Below are positions 46,370 to 57,268 of a stretch of DNA of 64,000 bases, in pieces. The notes below the pieces were generated by a model. It made no database searches. It was not told where the DNA came from and saw only the letters and a program-made list of their open reading frames with translations. Both the position numbers and the translations under genes were made by a program. The stretch is from Methylococcales bacterium (GTDB lineage: Bacteria > Pseudomonadota > Gammaproteobacteria > Methylococcales > UBA1147). The stretch lies in contig JBGTCG010000076.1 in assembly GCA_041748915.1 (NCBI GenBank), positions 205 to 64,204 on the forward strand, in the 5' to 3' direction. Positions within the stretch are counted from its first letter, which is position 1. Each line of letters opens with the position of its first letter.

Positions 46370-47809
46370 ATGTTAAGAAGAACCAAAATCGTTGCCACGC
46401 TGGGTCCGTCTACGGACCGACCGGGCGTTCTGGAACAATTGTGCAAAGCCGGAACCGACGTATTCCGGATCAATTTTTCTCATGGAACCGTCAACGATCA
46501 TTTGCAACGCGCGAAGAGAATCAAGGAGGTATTGGAAAAAACCCGTCGCCATATCGGGATTTTGGCCGACCTTCAAGGTCCCAAGATCCGCATAGCGCGC
46601 TTCAAGGAAGGTAAAATCGTACTCGAAAAAGACGCCCGGTTCGTGCTTGATGTTTCATTCGATCCCGACGCCGGCGACCAGAACCAGGTCGGTTGTCTGT
46701 ACACCGCGTTACCAGGCGATCTCAAACCGGGGAACGTGTTGATGCTGGATGATGGACGCATCTTACTCGGTGTCGATAAAATCGACGGTCCGCGGGTTAT
46801 CTGCCATGTCATCGCCGGCGGCGATCTTTCCAACAACAAGGGCCTGAATCTGCAAGGCGGCGGACTTTCCGCTCCGGTACTGTCCGACAAGGATAAAAAG
46901 GACATTAAAACCGCGGCCGAGATCGATGCGGATTATGTCGCAGTGTCTTTTCCGCGTTGCGCGGCCGATATCCACCAGGCGCGCCGATTATTGCGCGCGG
47001 CCGGCAGCGAAGCCGGGTTGATCGCTAAGATCGAGCGCGCGGAAGCGCTCGATGTCATCGAAGAAATCATCGAAGCTTCCGACGGAATCATGGTCGCGCG
47101 CGGCGACCTCGGGGTTGAAATCGGCGACGCGGTCCTGCCGGCGGTTCAGAAACAATTGATCGAACTGGCCAGAAAAATGGATACCGCGGTCATTATCGCC
47201 ACGCAGATGATGGAATCCATGATTCATAATCCGTTTCCGACCCGAGCGGAAGTTTTCGATGTCGCGAACGCGATTTTCGATGGTACCGATGCGGTCATGC
47301 TTTCTGCGGAAACCGCGACCGGCGAATACCCGGTCAAGGCCGTCGAGGCAATGCGACGGATTTGTCTGGAAACAGAAAAACAACCCGGACTTCAAGTCCA
47401 ACCCGCCGATCATTTGCACTTTTCCCGGGTCGACGAAGCCATCGCGAAATCGGCCATGTATGTCGCTAATCACACGGATACCAAGGCCATCATCGCACTC
47501 ACCGAGTCAGGCGCCACGCCAATCTGGATGTCCAGGCTGAATTCGTCGATTCCGATTTTCGCGATGACGTCGCACGTCAAAACCTGCCAAAAGGTGACTT
47601 TGCTCAGGGGCATCTATCCGTTGAACTTCAAGGTTGACACGCGCAGCCATGCCGTGTTGAACAAAGCAGCCATTGAGGAACTGGAGGCTCGCGGCATGCT
47701 TTCCAAAGGCGACCTCGTGATCCTGACCAAAGGTGACCTTACCGGAGTCCAGGGCGGCACCAACGCGATGAAAATAATCCGTGTCGGCGACGAACTGATT
47801 CCCGAATAA
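46370..47809 (+). CDS. pyk: Pyruvate kinase
   Basis: MLRRTKIVATLGP.., MVARGDLGVEI. 479 aa. Confidence 0.95.
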   Translation: MLRRTKIVATLGPSTDRPGVLEQLCKAGTDVFRINFSHGTVNDHLQRAKRIKEVLEKTRRHIGILADLQGPKIRIARFKEGKIVLEKDARFVLDVSFDPDAGDQNQVGCLYTALPGDLKPGNVLMLDDGRILLGVDKIDGPRVICHVIAGGDLSNNKGLNLQGGGLSAPVLSDKDKKDIKTAAEIDADYVAVSFPRCAADIHQARRLLRAAGSEAGLIAKIERAEALDVIEEIIEASDGIMVARGDLGVEIGDAVLPAVQKQLIELARKMDTAVIIATQMMESMIHNPFPTRAEVFDVANAIFDGTDAVMLSAETATGEYPVKAVEAMRRICLETEKQPGLQVQPADHLHFSRVDEAIAKSAMYVANHTDTKAIIALTESGATPIWMSRLNSSIPIFAMTSHVKTCQKVTLLRGIYPLNFKVDTRSHAVLNKAAIEELEARGMLSKGDLVILTKGDLTGVQGGTNAMKIIRVGDELIPE

Positions 47810-47938
47810 CCGATCGCGCGATCGATCAAGCCCGGCGGACTTGGTGAATGGACGGAATCATTCAACGTCGCCGGCTAAGAACAAGTTTTCGAAATACCAG
47901 GACAATACGCTTTTATTCCTACATCAGTATTATTTTTC

Positions 47939-47966
47939 TGTCAATATTGATTCTTTTCGGTATACT
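47939..47966 (+). promoter_or_regulatory. Putative sigma70 promoter (TGTCAA-16 nt-TATACT) in the pyk-downstream spacer
   Basis: Read directly in an AT-rich stretch. The next + strand start codon is 48355, ~390 nt downstream. Confidence 0.35.
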
Positions 47967-48354
47967 CATCGGCCTGAGATAATTTCGGCCGGATCATCGT
48001 GGCTCGAGGCTGATTCCGCTTCTCAGGTAAACAATCTGAAAAAAATGGCGCCAATCCAAGCGTACCGAAAAATGCATCCGGTGGGGGGATGATAGGTTAA
48101 GAAAGCAGTTTCACCATTCAGTCTATCCTGGTTGATTCCATGGCAACGTAAATTGCCTGCTCGCCCGCGCGGCGCGCCCTTCCGTCGTGAAAAAACGAAA
48201 TTGCGGCTAACGCACCGGCGGGCGTCTGGGGTCCAACACAAGTAGCGAAATTTCTGTGCGTTTTCGTTGCTTTAATAACCTACGAGCGCCCTGACAGGGT
48301 TGATTCGGAACATGCGGCCGGAGCGTCGGTAACGATCTATACGAGGAGGAAATA

Positions 48355-48690
48355 ATGACATTCAAAGAACTACAAGCAATAATCAACGAGAGGATTCAGA
48401 ACCTGCGCGAGAAGATTCAGAACCTGCGACAGTTAAGTTCGCAGTTAAGGAAGGAACATTCTGAATCGCCTAATACGATCGCTTTCGTCAAAGCGGCCTT
48501 CACCCGCGAAATCCTGGAAAAGAAGGAACGCATTCCCGGCGCGATCATCGCTGCTTGGATATTGATCCTTATGATCGCCAGTTATGACTGGACTTTTGGC
48601 ATGAACTGGTCGGTGGTTTTCTATTTCGGAGTGCTGCCATTTATTGTCTTTTTCATTGTGCGCAGCATAAGACAAGCGCCGTCAAACTAG
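48355..48690 (+). CDS. Hypothetical protein: N-terminal coiled-coil plus two C-terminal TM segments (111 aa)
   Basis: Strong RBS (gaggagga) 5 nt before the ATG. Heptad-like N-terminus (IQNLREKIQNLRQL). No family recognised. Confidence 0.6.
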   Translation: MTFKELQAIINERIQNLREKIQNLRQLSSQLRKEHSESPNTIAFVKAAFTREILEKKERIPGAIIAAWILILMIASYDWTFGMNWSVVFYFGVLPFIVFFIVRSIRQAPSN

Positions 48691-49054
48691 TTGACCCCAC
48701 AGGCTCGCTTTCTGGAGCCATCAATCTTCCGGAAAAATTCCCGACCGCCGAAAACTTGGGCCGCTCGCCGGAATGCGGGCGGTTCCGCCCATTGCGATCA
48801 TGGATCCTGTTATTTATGGTTCCCCGCCGCGGCGAAAACGACGAACCATAGCGTGATTTCCGCTCGCTGTTTCCGGATTTTCTGTCCGGGCAGCAGGTGT
48901 TCAAAAAATATCGGCTGGAATTTTTTGAAACCTGTGAACCCCAGGACTGACAAGGTTCTGAAATTGCCGTCTTATTTGGTCGGATTCAGTTTTATTCTTT
49001 ACTTTTGTATCAAGGCGTTGCAGACTAACGTGGTCTAATAATCATAAAATTTGC

Positions 49055-49208
49055 CTGGGATCCGTAAGGACGCCCTGACTAGTTCAGAGCTTCCCGTAGC
49101 GCAGCGATGCGCTGTCAAAGTCGATCGATATAAGCGGTTGATTTTGTACGGCAGCACCAAATCGCATTGGGTGCTGCCGACTGAGAAATCCACGATGGAT
49201 TTATTCAA
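49055..49208 (-). repeat. Structured intergenic repeat, family 1, copy 4 (reverse orientation)
   Basis: The reverse complement reads tgaataaatccatcgtggatttctcagtcggcagcacc-caatgcgattt-ggtgctgcc..acaaaatca..tttgacagcgcatcgctgcgctacgggaagctctga.. with a perfect 9-bp first hairpin. Confidence 0.9.
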
Positions 49209-49463
49209 ATTAATGGATAGGGCGAATGCACGGCGAGATCAACAGTTTCAGACGGGCCGGTCTGTTTCGTGCCATTCCTGGATTGACTGCCAGATTCTGA
49301 CAACAGATTTGTCTGAAAAGAACTTAGAGTCGTAATCGGATTCCATGACCTCTAGTCCAAGATCTCACCGCAGTGTGCCGCCGTCGGACGGCCAGGGATA
49401 AATAACAACTGAAAATAATTCCGGTCTGCCTATCCCGGCAGATTGACAAGAGGCGAGACTACT

Positions 49464-50717
49464 ATGCAATACCTTGAAATATTTACCGCAGATCTGAATA
49501 ATCTGATTGCTGCAATTTTGAATAACCCCATTTTAACCATGGTTGCCGGCGCTGTACTTGGAGCTCTTATCGTCCTGGTCCTTGCTGTGATTCTGCAACT
49601 AAGAACGTCAACAAAGTACCGGAGGCTCCAGGAAGAAAGGGATCGCAAATTCCAATCGCTACAGGAAACCCTGTCGCAGAAAACCAGAAATATCGCGACA
49701 TTGGAGCAGATTTGCCTGGAACAGAAGGAGGAACTGGCAAGTACCGGGGAACAGATTGCCAGGCTCGAGGCAGCGGCAAGAAATGCGCCTATGCTGGAAA
49801 GTAAGTTTGAACAACAGTTGCGACAAATCGAAGCGCTGACCGATACCATCGTGAGCGAGCTAAATCCGGGCCATCCGTCGGCGCCAAATCCTGCATCCAA
49901 TCCGTCCGCAGAAACCAGGGCGCCATTAACCAATGAAGAGGTGATAGATCATCTCAGCTCTCGTCTTTATTTGCAGTTGTCAAATCTACATCAACAGATC
50001 TCGGACCAAAGCCAATTGATCGGCGCAATGCAGAGCGAACTGAACGCAACGAGGAAAGCTGCCGCCAAGCAGGCCATTACCGATCACCCACAACAGCCGC
50101 GTATCGTCAAAGCGCGGTTTGGCGATCGCGTTCTCGAACCTATCCAACTGCGAATCGATGGGTTCAGGCAAACCGTACATGAAATTCCGAACCAGACCAG
50201 AGCAAAAATTGATCGGCTGCTGATCGAGCCGATATCGCAAAAAGTCGCCGAAATCAAAACGGGATTGAACCAGATCCCCGAACTTAGTTCGGCTCAATTA
50301 CACAGAGTCGTGCTGGATCCGCTCAATAATTTTATTCATCAGGTCAACCAGGCGGCTAAACGCGTACCGGAATTCTCGCACGAAAAATTCAACCGCTTGG
50401 TCACCACGCAACTGCAGGATCTGGTCGGCCAACTCAAGATGAGCAGTCGCAGCCTGTCCACGGAAACCCGTGAAAACTTTGCCCGCGTTATCGTTCGGCC
50501 CCTTGAAAAACTGCTCGCTGAAATTAAGCAAATATTGACTTCGCTGCCGGAACAAGGCAGCGCCCGGATTAAAGAACGCGTGGTCGGGCCGGCAATGCAA
50601 AAACTGAAGGCACTATCGGAAACGGGTACGCAAAGTTCAATCCAGGGGTTGAAAAATGCCGGGAACTGGGTAATCGAAGTGACTCGGGGCGGCGCACCCG
50701 CCTCGGCCGCCACGTAG
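49464..50717 (+). CDS. Hypothetical membrane-anchored coiled-coil protein with six tandem ~30-aa repeats
   Basis: One TM (ILTMVAGAVLGALIVLVLAVIL), then a Q/E/L-rich coiled coil, a Pro-rich linker, and repeats of the form (V/I)x(E/D/R)P(I/L)..(10-13 aa)..(I/V)P(E/N)..(8 aa)..R(L/V) from nt ~50127-50676. Start at ATG 49464; the track's TTG at 49443 is less likely. Confidence 0.65.
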   Translation: MQYLEIFTADLNNLIAAILNNPILTMVAGAVLGALIVLVLAVILQLRTSTKYRRLQEERDRKFQSLQETLSQKTRNIATLEQICLEQKEELASTGEQIARLEAAARNAPMLESKFEQQLRQIEALTDTIVSELNPGHPSAPNPASNPSAETRAPLTNEEVIDHLSSRLYLQLSNLHQQISDQSQLIGAMQSELNATRKAAAKQAITDHPQQPRIVKARFGDRVLEPIQLRIDGFRQTVHEIPNQTRAKIDRLLIEPISQKVAEIKTGLNQIPELSSAQLHRVVLDPLNNFIHQVNQAAKRVPEFSHEKFNRLVTTQLQDLVGQLKMSSRSLSTETRENFARVIVRPLEKLLAEIKQILTSLPEQGSARIKERVVGPAMQKLKALSETGTQSSIQGLKNAGNWVIEVTRGGAPASAAT

Positions 50718-51114
50718 GGTTCCCATCCACCCCGTCCCGGTTGCGTCCGCCTTCGAGCACTTGGCGCCTTTGGTAGGCCGGCAACCGCTGGCGGTCGGAC
50801 GTTCCAACCCGGATCCGACCGACCTGGATCTGGTTCTTTCCAGGATTAGACAGGGCGATCGACTGGGTCGAATGCCTGGACGGGAAAATTCATAAAACAT
50901 CTCGTCCAGGCGGAAACCTCGTTGTCCGCTTATTGATTCGCGAATGCCAGGGCTCCGATTTTCCCGGCGACGCCGGTGCGTGATCGCGATTCGACCAAGG
51001 TCAAAATCTGTTAAGCTACCGCGTTTTTGTGCAAGTGCTTGTTTCCAGCTTGCCGGGCAGCGTTCTCGCTACCGGTCAATTTGTTCTGGTCTGAAGAACC
51101 TTAAGGAGAAACCT

Positions 51115-53112
51115 ATGATGCCCTCGCGCAAAGATCTCGCGAACGCCATACGCGCGCTGAGCATGGATGCCGTCCAGAAAGCGGCTAGCGGACATCCCGG
51201 CGCACCGATGGGAATGGCGGACATCGCCGAAGTCTTGTGGAATGATTATCTATCCCATAATCCGTCGAATCCTGCATGGCCGAACCGCGACCGCTTCGTC
51301 TTATCGAACGGACACGGCTCCATGCTCCTTTATTCCTTGCTCTATCTGACGGGCTATGACCTGTCGATTGACGAAATCAAAAACTTCCGCCAACTGCATT
51401 CCCGAACCCCCGGACACCCTGAATACGGTTGTGCTCCCGGTATCGAAACCACGACTGGCCCTCTCGGGCAGGGACTTGCGAACGCCGTCGGCATGGCGCT
51501 CGGTGAACGGACCCTCGCGGCCCAGTTCAACCGGCCCGGTTACTCGCTCATCGACCACTTCACCTATGTATTCGCGGGCGACGGATGTCTGATGGAAGGC
51601 ATCTCCCATGAAGTCTGCTCGCTCGCGGGAACGCTTGGTCTTGGAAAACTGATTGCATTCTATGACGATAACGGCATTTCCATCGACGGAGAGGTCGAGG
51701 GCTGGTTTACGGACGATACTCCGAAGCGATTCGAAGCGTACGGCTGGCACGTGATACCGGCGGTTGATGGTCATGATTCCGATGCGGTCCGGCGCGCGAT
51801 GGGCGAGGCTCGTCTGCGGACCGACAAACCCTCGCTGATCTGCTGCAAAACCATTATCGGCTGGGGATCGCCGAATAAACAGGGAACGGAAAGTTCTCAT
51901 GGCACCGCGCTTGGCGAGGACGAAGTCCAACTGGTCCGAAAAACAATCAACTGGCCTTACCCTGCATTCGAAATCCCCGATGAAATCATGCAGGCTTGGA
52001 ACGCAACGGCGAAAGGCGAAATCCGCGAAGAGCAGTGGATCCGGTTGCTGGAGCAGTACCGGCAGCAATATCCAGATCGTGCCGCAGAATTCCAGCGGCG
52101 CCTGGCCCGGGAGCTGCCGGATACCTGGCGGACAACCTGCAGCGAGGTTATCGCCGAGGCCCATGCGAAAGCCGAAAAGATCGCAAGCCGGAAAGCCTCG
52201 CAGAACTGTATCAGCGCGTACGCTCCAATCTTGCCCGAATTGATCGGCGGCTCGGCCGATCTCGCGGGGTCGAATTTGACTCTATGGCCGCAAGCCAAAG
52301 ACGTCAATCAGGACGACCGGTCCGGAAACTACATCTTTTTCGGGGTGCGTGAATTTGGCATGGCGGCAATTCTGAACGGGTTGAGCGTATATGGCGGTTT
52401 TATTCCGTTTGGAGCTACTTTCCTGACCTTTTCGGACTATGGGCGCAACGCGTTGCGGTTGGCCGCACTGATGAAAACCCGGGTAATCTATGTATTTACG
52501 CACGATTCCATCGGCCTCGGCGAGGACGGTCCGACTCATCAACCGGTCGAACATTTGGGTTCACTGCGGCTGATCCCGAACATGCAGGTCTGGAGGCCTT
52601 GTGACACGGTGGAAACCGCGGTCGCGTGGCAAATTGCAATTGAACATGTCGATGGCCCGACCTGCCTGGTGTTCTCCCGCCAGGGGCTGCCCCACCAGAA
52701 ACGCTCCGCCGGGCAGATTCGAGATATTCAGCGGGGAGGATACATTCTGGCCGACTGCGACGGCCGGCCCGATGCGATATTGATCGCGACCGGTTCGGAA
52801 GTCGGCCTCGCGATGGAAGCCGCCGCTATCCTGAGCGGCCAGGGTAAAAGGATCCGTGTGGTATCCATGCCCAGCACCAACACCTTTGACCAGCAGGATC
52901 GGGACTACAGGGAATCGGTGCTGCCGCCATTCATACCCACGCGAATCTCGATAGAGGCCGGTAGCACCGGTCTCTGGTACAAATACGTGGGATTCTCTGG
53001 AAGAACAATCGGTATCGACCGGTTCGGCGAATCCGCTCCCGGTGACGCTCTGTTCAAGGAATTCAAGCTGACCCCTGAACGCATCGTCGAATCGGTCCGG
53101 GAAATCCTCTGA
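51115..53112 (+). CDS. tkt: Transketolase
   Basis: [23 protein letters not shown].. and [19 protein letters not shown] aaggaga before the internal ATG 51115 of ORF 50944-53112. Confidence 0.97.
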   Translation: MMPSRKDLANAIRALSMDAVQKAASGHPGAPMGMADIAEVLWNDYLSHNPSNPAWPNRDRFVLSNGHGSMLLYSLLYLTGYDLSIDEIKNFRQLHSRTPGHPEYGCAPGIETTTGPLGQGLANAVGMALGERTLAAQFNRPGYSLIDHFTYVFAGDGCLMEGISHEVCSLAGTLGLGKLIAFYDDNGISIDGEVEGWFTDDTPKRFEAYGWHVIPAVDGHDSDAVRRAMGEARLRTDKPSLICCKTIIGWGSPNKQGTESSHGTALGEDEVQLVRKTINWPYPAFEIPDEIMQAWNATAKGEIREEQWIRLLEQYRQQYPDRAAEFQRRLARELPDTWRTTCSEVIAEAHAKAEKIASRKASQNCISAYAPILPELIGGSADLAGSNLTLWPQAKDVNQDDRSGNYIFFGVREFGMAAILNGLSVYGGFIPFGATFLTFSDYGRNALRLAALMKTRVIYVFTHDSIGLGEDGPTHQPVEHLGSLRLIPNMQVWRPCDTVETAVAWQIAIEHVDGPTCLVFSRQGLPHQKRSAGQIRDIQRGGYILADCDGRPDAILIATGSEVGLAMEAAAILSGQGKRIRVVSMPSTNTFDQQDRDYRESVLPPFIPTRISIEAGSTGLWYKYVGFSGRTIGIDRFGESAPGDALFKEFKLTPERIVESVREIL

Positions 53113-53122
53113 ACGCGGCGGC

Positions 53123-53906
53123 ATGCTGGCGGCGCTGAAATTGGAAGTCGACGGTTCTCGGGCGGGTACCGAAGCCGAAGGCCACCGCGTCGCTTATAAA
53201 CAGGCATTCAGCGAGACCGGTCTGCACCGGCATTGGAGCAAACCAGACTTCGGCCGGTTAACGATCTCTGGAGACAGGGAACGCCTCCGCCATCATTTCG
53301 AACCCCGGATCCGAAACAATGACTTGCTGCTCCCACGTAATCCGGCTCAATTCATCGAAAATCTGTATCAGAGAAATACCCGATATTTCGCATCGCTTGC
53401 CGAAACGGGCCGGCTCTTGCCACGGCCTGGCATATCCAGAATAATAACCGAGGCTAAAAAGGCCGATTTGATTCTGGCAATCCCTCATCGACAGACAAAA
53501 AAACGTAAGTGCAATATTTCGCTCTTCGTTTAACGAAAACCTCGAACCTCGGTTCGAAACCATCGCAGCGGGAGAGACAGTGGACAAAAGAAATCCAGCG
53601 CCGGACATGTATAGCCAGGTATTGAAAACACTTCGACTCGACGTGGCGCATTGCCTGTCTGTCGAAGATTCCGCGGACGACTGGCGCGTGGCCCGCGCCG
53701 CCGGAATACGCGCCATCGTAACCCGGAACGCCCACCCCGGGATCGATGGTTTCTCAGAGGCGGCCGTCCAGAACGAAGATGAAGATTCGGATAAGCCCTG
53801 CATTTCATCGGGAGTCGAATCCCGAAACGTAATTATCGCGTTGCCGAAGCCTATCGATCGGATTGCGCGATCCCGCATTCACGCCGATGCGCCGGCGCGC
53901 CGATAA
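53123..53906 (+). pseudogene. cbbY: CbbY-like HAD phosphatase, frameshifted and with a degenerate catalytic motif
   Basis: ORF 53123-53533 (..LEVDGSRAGTEAEGHRVAYKQAF..RPGISRIITEAKKADLILAI..) continues in the frame of ORF 53580-53906 (..KNVSAIFRSSFNENLEPRFETIAAGETVDKRNPAPDMY..VEDSADDW..AAGIRAIVT). The frame switch is at or near the A7 run 53497-53503. The expected DxDGT reads EVDGS. Confidence 0.7.
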
Positions 53907-53933
53907 GACACTGTACCGGATCGAGCGCCTCCC

Positions 53934-54836
53934 ATGTCAAAACAACATCCGATTATCGTCGTTACCGGTTCGTCGGGCGCGGGAACCACTTCGGTCAAAT
54001 ATGCTTTCGAGCATATTTTCACGCGGCTGAAGATCAAAGCGGCCATCGTCGAAGGCGATAGTTTTCATCGCTATGAGCGTGAGGAAATGCAAAAGCAGAC
54101 CCAGGAGCATGACGAAAAAGGGCTGCCCTTTAGCCATTTTTCCGCGGAAGCGAATCTACTGCAGGAACTCGAAGCATTGTTCCGCCAGTATGGCCAAACC
54201 GGAACCGGTTCCTATCGTCACTATATCCACAATGAAGAAGAAGCCAAAATCCACGACTATCCTTCCGGCACCTTTACCCCTTGGCATCCCTACCCGGACA
54301 ACACCGATCTGATGTTTTACGAAGGTCTTCACGGAGCCGCGGTCGGCGACGGCATCGATATCGGCCAGCATGTTGATATGACTATTGGCGCGGTCCCGGT
54401 CATCAACCTGGAATGGATCCAGAAGCTGCATCGCGACACGCAGGAGCGGGGCTACCGGCGTGATACGGTGACCGACACGATACTTCGGCGTATGTACGAC
54501 TACGTGCATATGATTACACCACAGTTTTCGCGCACCGATATCAATTTTCAACGAGTTGCGACCGTAGATACCTCGAATCCGTTCATCGCGCGGGATGTAC
54601 CCACTCCGGATGAAAGCCTTGTCATCATAAGGGTCAACGATCCCAGAAAATTCGACATCGACTTTCCCTACCTGCTGGCCATGGTTCAGAATTCCTTTAT
54701 GTCAAGACGCAACACCCTGGTCATTCCCGGCGGCAAGATGGGCCTGGCGATGGAAATTATCTTCACGCCGATCATCGAGAAGATCATGACCGCGAAAAAG
54801 CAGATGTATCGACTGGGACGGGACGTCAATCGTTGA
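53934..54836 (+). CDS. prk: Phosphoribulokinase
   Basis: MSKQHPIIVVTGSSGAGTTS (P-loop). 300-aa bacterial PRK (CbbP-like) sequence. Confidence 0.92.
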   Translation: MSKQHPIIVVTGSSGAGTTSVKYAFEHIFTRLKIKAAIVEGDSFHRYEREEMQKQTQEHDEKGLPFSHFSAEANLLQELEALFRQYGQTGTGSYRHYIHNEEEAKIHDYPSGTFTPWHPYPDNTDLMFYEGLHGAAVGDGIDIGQHVDMTIGAVPVINLEWIQKLHRDTQERGYRRDTVTDTILRRMYDYVHMITPQFSRTDINFQRVATVDTSNPFIARDVPTPDESLVIIRVNDPRKFDIDFPYLLAMVQNSFMSRRNTLVIPGGKMGLAMEIIFTPIIEKIMTAKKQMYRLGRDVNR

Positions 54837-55039
54837 TTACCATAACCGCCACGGATTCCGCTGAAATCCCCGAGCCTAATTGTATAATCGGCGCCGAACA
54901 TCCGGTTTCACGAAAAGTCCCGGCCATCCTTCCAGCGGGTTTTACGCGTGGCGCCCGTTGGCCTTACAGACGCGGGCGTATTAAACGATGTTCAGCGCAG
55001 GTGGAACACGAACTTCCCTGTATTTGACGGAGAATTATT

Positions 55040-56089
55040 ATGGCCTTACTATCAATGAGACAGCTTCTCGATTATGCCGCGGAAAACGATTTCGGACTGC
55101 CGGCGTTCAACGTGAACAATATGGAACAGGTGCACGCGATCATGCAGGCGGCCGACGCGACCGATAGTCCGGTGATCATGCAGGGTTCGGCCGGTGCGCG
55201 ATCCTATGCGGGCGAGCCATTTTTACGGCATCTGATTCTTGCCGCGGTGGAGCAGTATCCTCACATTCCAATAGCGATGCATCAGGATCACGGCGCCGAA
55301 CCGGCCGTCTGCGTGCGTTCCATTCAGTCCGGCTTCACATCGGTCATGATGGACGGCTCGCTGATGCCGGATATGAAGACCCCTGCATCCATTGAATACA
55401 ACATCCGAACCACTGCGGAAGTCGTTCGATTTGCACATGCCTGCGGGGTTTCCGTGGAGGGTGAACTGGGTTGTCTGGGCTCTCTCGAAACCCGGGAGAT
55501 GGGCGAGGAAGACGGCCACGGGGCCGCCGGCAAGCTCAGCAAGGACATGCTGCTGACCGATCCCGATGAAGCCGCCGAATTCGTTCAGCGAACCGGGGTC
55601 GACGCGCTGGCCATCGCGATTGGAACCAGCCACGGCGCCTATAAATTTTCCCGCCCGCCGACCGGAGACATTCTCGCGATCGACCGAATCAAGGAAATCC
55701 ACGGCCGGATTCCGAACACCCACCTGGTCATGCACGGCTCGTCCTCGGTACCGCAGGAATGGCTGGAAATCATCAACGAATATGGAGGCAATATGGGCGA
55801 AACCTACGGGGTTCCGGTCGAAGAAATTCAGGAAGGGATCCGGCACGGGGTCCGGAAGGTCAATATTGATACCGATCTTCGCATGGCCTCGACCGGCGCC
55901 GTCCGTAAATACCTGTCCGAAAACCGATCCGTGTTCGATCCGCGCAAGTTTCTGAAAACATCGACCGACGCGATGCGAAGCATCTGCGCGGCGCGCTACC
56001 AAGCCTTCGGCTGCGCGGGGCATGCCTCCAAAATTAAACCGGTATCCCTTTCGGTCATGGGAACACGCTATGCGCGCAGTGGGCTTTGA
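55040..56089 (+). CDS. fba: Class II fructose-/sedoheptulose-bisphosphate aldolase (CbbA type)
   Basis: [27 protein letters not shown].., [14 protein letters not shown] and VMHGSSSVP motifs. Confidence 0.95.
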   Translation: MALLSMRQLLDYAAENDFGLPAFNVNNMEQVHAIMQAADATDSPVIMQGSAGARSYAGEPFLRHLILAAVEQYPHIPIAMHQDHGAEPAVCVRSIQSGFTSVMMDGSLMPDMKTPASIEYNIRTTAEVVRFAHACGVSVEGELGCLGSLETREMGEEDGHGAAGKLSKDMLLTDPDEAAEFVQRTGVDALAIAIGTSHGAYKFSRPPTGDILAIDRIKEIHGRIPNTHLVMHGSSSVPQEWLEIINEYGGNMGETYGVPVEEIQEGIRHGVRKVNIDTDLRMASTGAVRKYLSENRSVFDPRKFLKTSTDAMRSICAARYQAFGCAGHASKIKPVSLSVMGTRYARSGL

Positions 56090-56164
56090 TCGGGCGCGTT
56101 CCCGTGCTCTCACGATTCCCACCGCAGCCGAATGGTTGAATGCCGGACCGGTCTTTAAAAAGCC

Positions 56165-56280
56165 GCACCACAGGAATTCGCTGCCGAAACCGCACGCTGA
56201 AAACGTTTGATTTATAAGGCAGGACCAAATCGCGTCGGGTACCGCCGGCCGCTGAGAAATCCCAGGACAGATTGATTTGG
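56165..56280 (-). repeat. Structured intergenic repeat, family 1, copy 5 (reverse orientation, more diverged)
   Basis: The plus strand ..gctgccgaaa..ttgatttataaggcaggaccaaatcgcgtcgggtaccgccggccgctgagaaatcccaggacagattgattt aligns with the plus strand of copy 4. In the element's sense orientation it starts 19 nt after the esterase stop. Confidence 0.7.
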
Positions 56281-56298
56281 CGTTTTCCAGCGGAGCAA

Positions 56299-57189
56299 TT
56301 AAAGCGAATCCTTAATCGCTCCCTCGGAGTTTAGTCCGGCTTGGCGGCGGGCGCCATGGCTTGTAAAAAAATCGATGACCGTGGAATTCAGATCCGGCCA
56401 TTCGCCATGTGGAGCCTTGCCTTCGCAATACCAGGTCTTGACCTCCAAATTGCAGTCCGGATATTCCAGGCATCCTGCTACTTTCATTGGGCGCGGCTTA
56501 TTATCACACTGGTTACAGGCCGCCCACCATTGCGCCGCTTCGTTGCCAAATTCGGGGAACAAGCGATCCAATTTGCTGTGCATGATCAGCACTGAAATCG
56601 GCTCCGGGCAGGGGTAGGCGGCGAGATCACTGCCGCGGATACCGGCTGCACTGGGCGCAATGGCATCCGGAATATGCCGGGTGTCCTCCAGAAATGCGAG
56701 TCCCATTGCAACGGTGCCTCCGTCCGAATGCCCGGTCAAAAAGATCCTGTTGTCATCGACGCACCATTTACCCGAGATTTGATCGGGGATTCCTGCGAAT
56801 TCGATCAAAGCCTTGCCCGACATTCGTTTGTGATTAGGATAGGCGATAATGAAACCGGCCCGGGTTGCGGCGAGCGTGAGATTCGTCATGCGTTCGTTGC
56901 TGAAGCGGCTTTTTCCTGCGGGCGCATACACAACAATCAAGGGGTGCGGGAACGATGCATCATAATTCGACGGTGTCCGAACGTTGAATTTGACGCCATT
57001 CGGCGTGATTTCGTCGTTGGTGATGCCCGCTTTTCCGGTACGGAATCCCGGTTTACAGTCGAACGAACCCGCCGATTTTTGATATTCCGTTCTGCCGAGT
57101 TCGGCCGGATCAGGTTCGCAGCCATAAAGCTGCGGTCCAACGACTGTCGCGACCAGAATCCATGTGAAGCCATTCAGGCGGTAGCGCAT
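56299..57189 (-). CDS. Lipoprotein esterase of the PHB-depolymerase/LpqC family
   Basis: Lipobox (..PQLYGC), nucleophile elbow GHSDGG, and Cys-rich C-terminal part. Confidence 0.75.
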   Translation of the reverse strand: MRYRLNGFTWILVATVVGPQLYGCEPDPAELGRTEYQKSAGSFDCKPGFRTGKAGITNDEITPNGVKFNVRTPSNYDASFPHPLIVVYAPAGKSRFSNERMTNLTLAATRAGFIIAYPNHKRMSGKALIEFAGIPDQISGKWCVDDNRIFLTGHSDGGTVAMGLAFLEDTRHIPDAIAPSAAGIRGSDLAAYPCPEPISVLIMHSKLDRLFPEFGNEAAQWWAACNQCDNKPRPMKVAGCLEYPDCNLEVKTWYCEGKAPHGEWPDLNSTVIDFFTSHGARRQAGLNSEGAIKDSL

Positions 57190-57268
57190 CTCATGAATTT
57201 GCAGAGAGTTGGACGGAAACGTCCGCTGAAGATATCCGAAACCGATCCAATACTACGACATTCGACGG

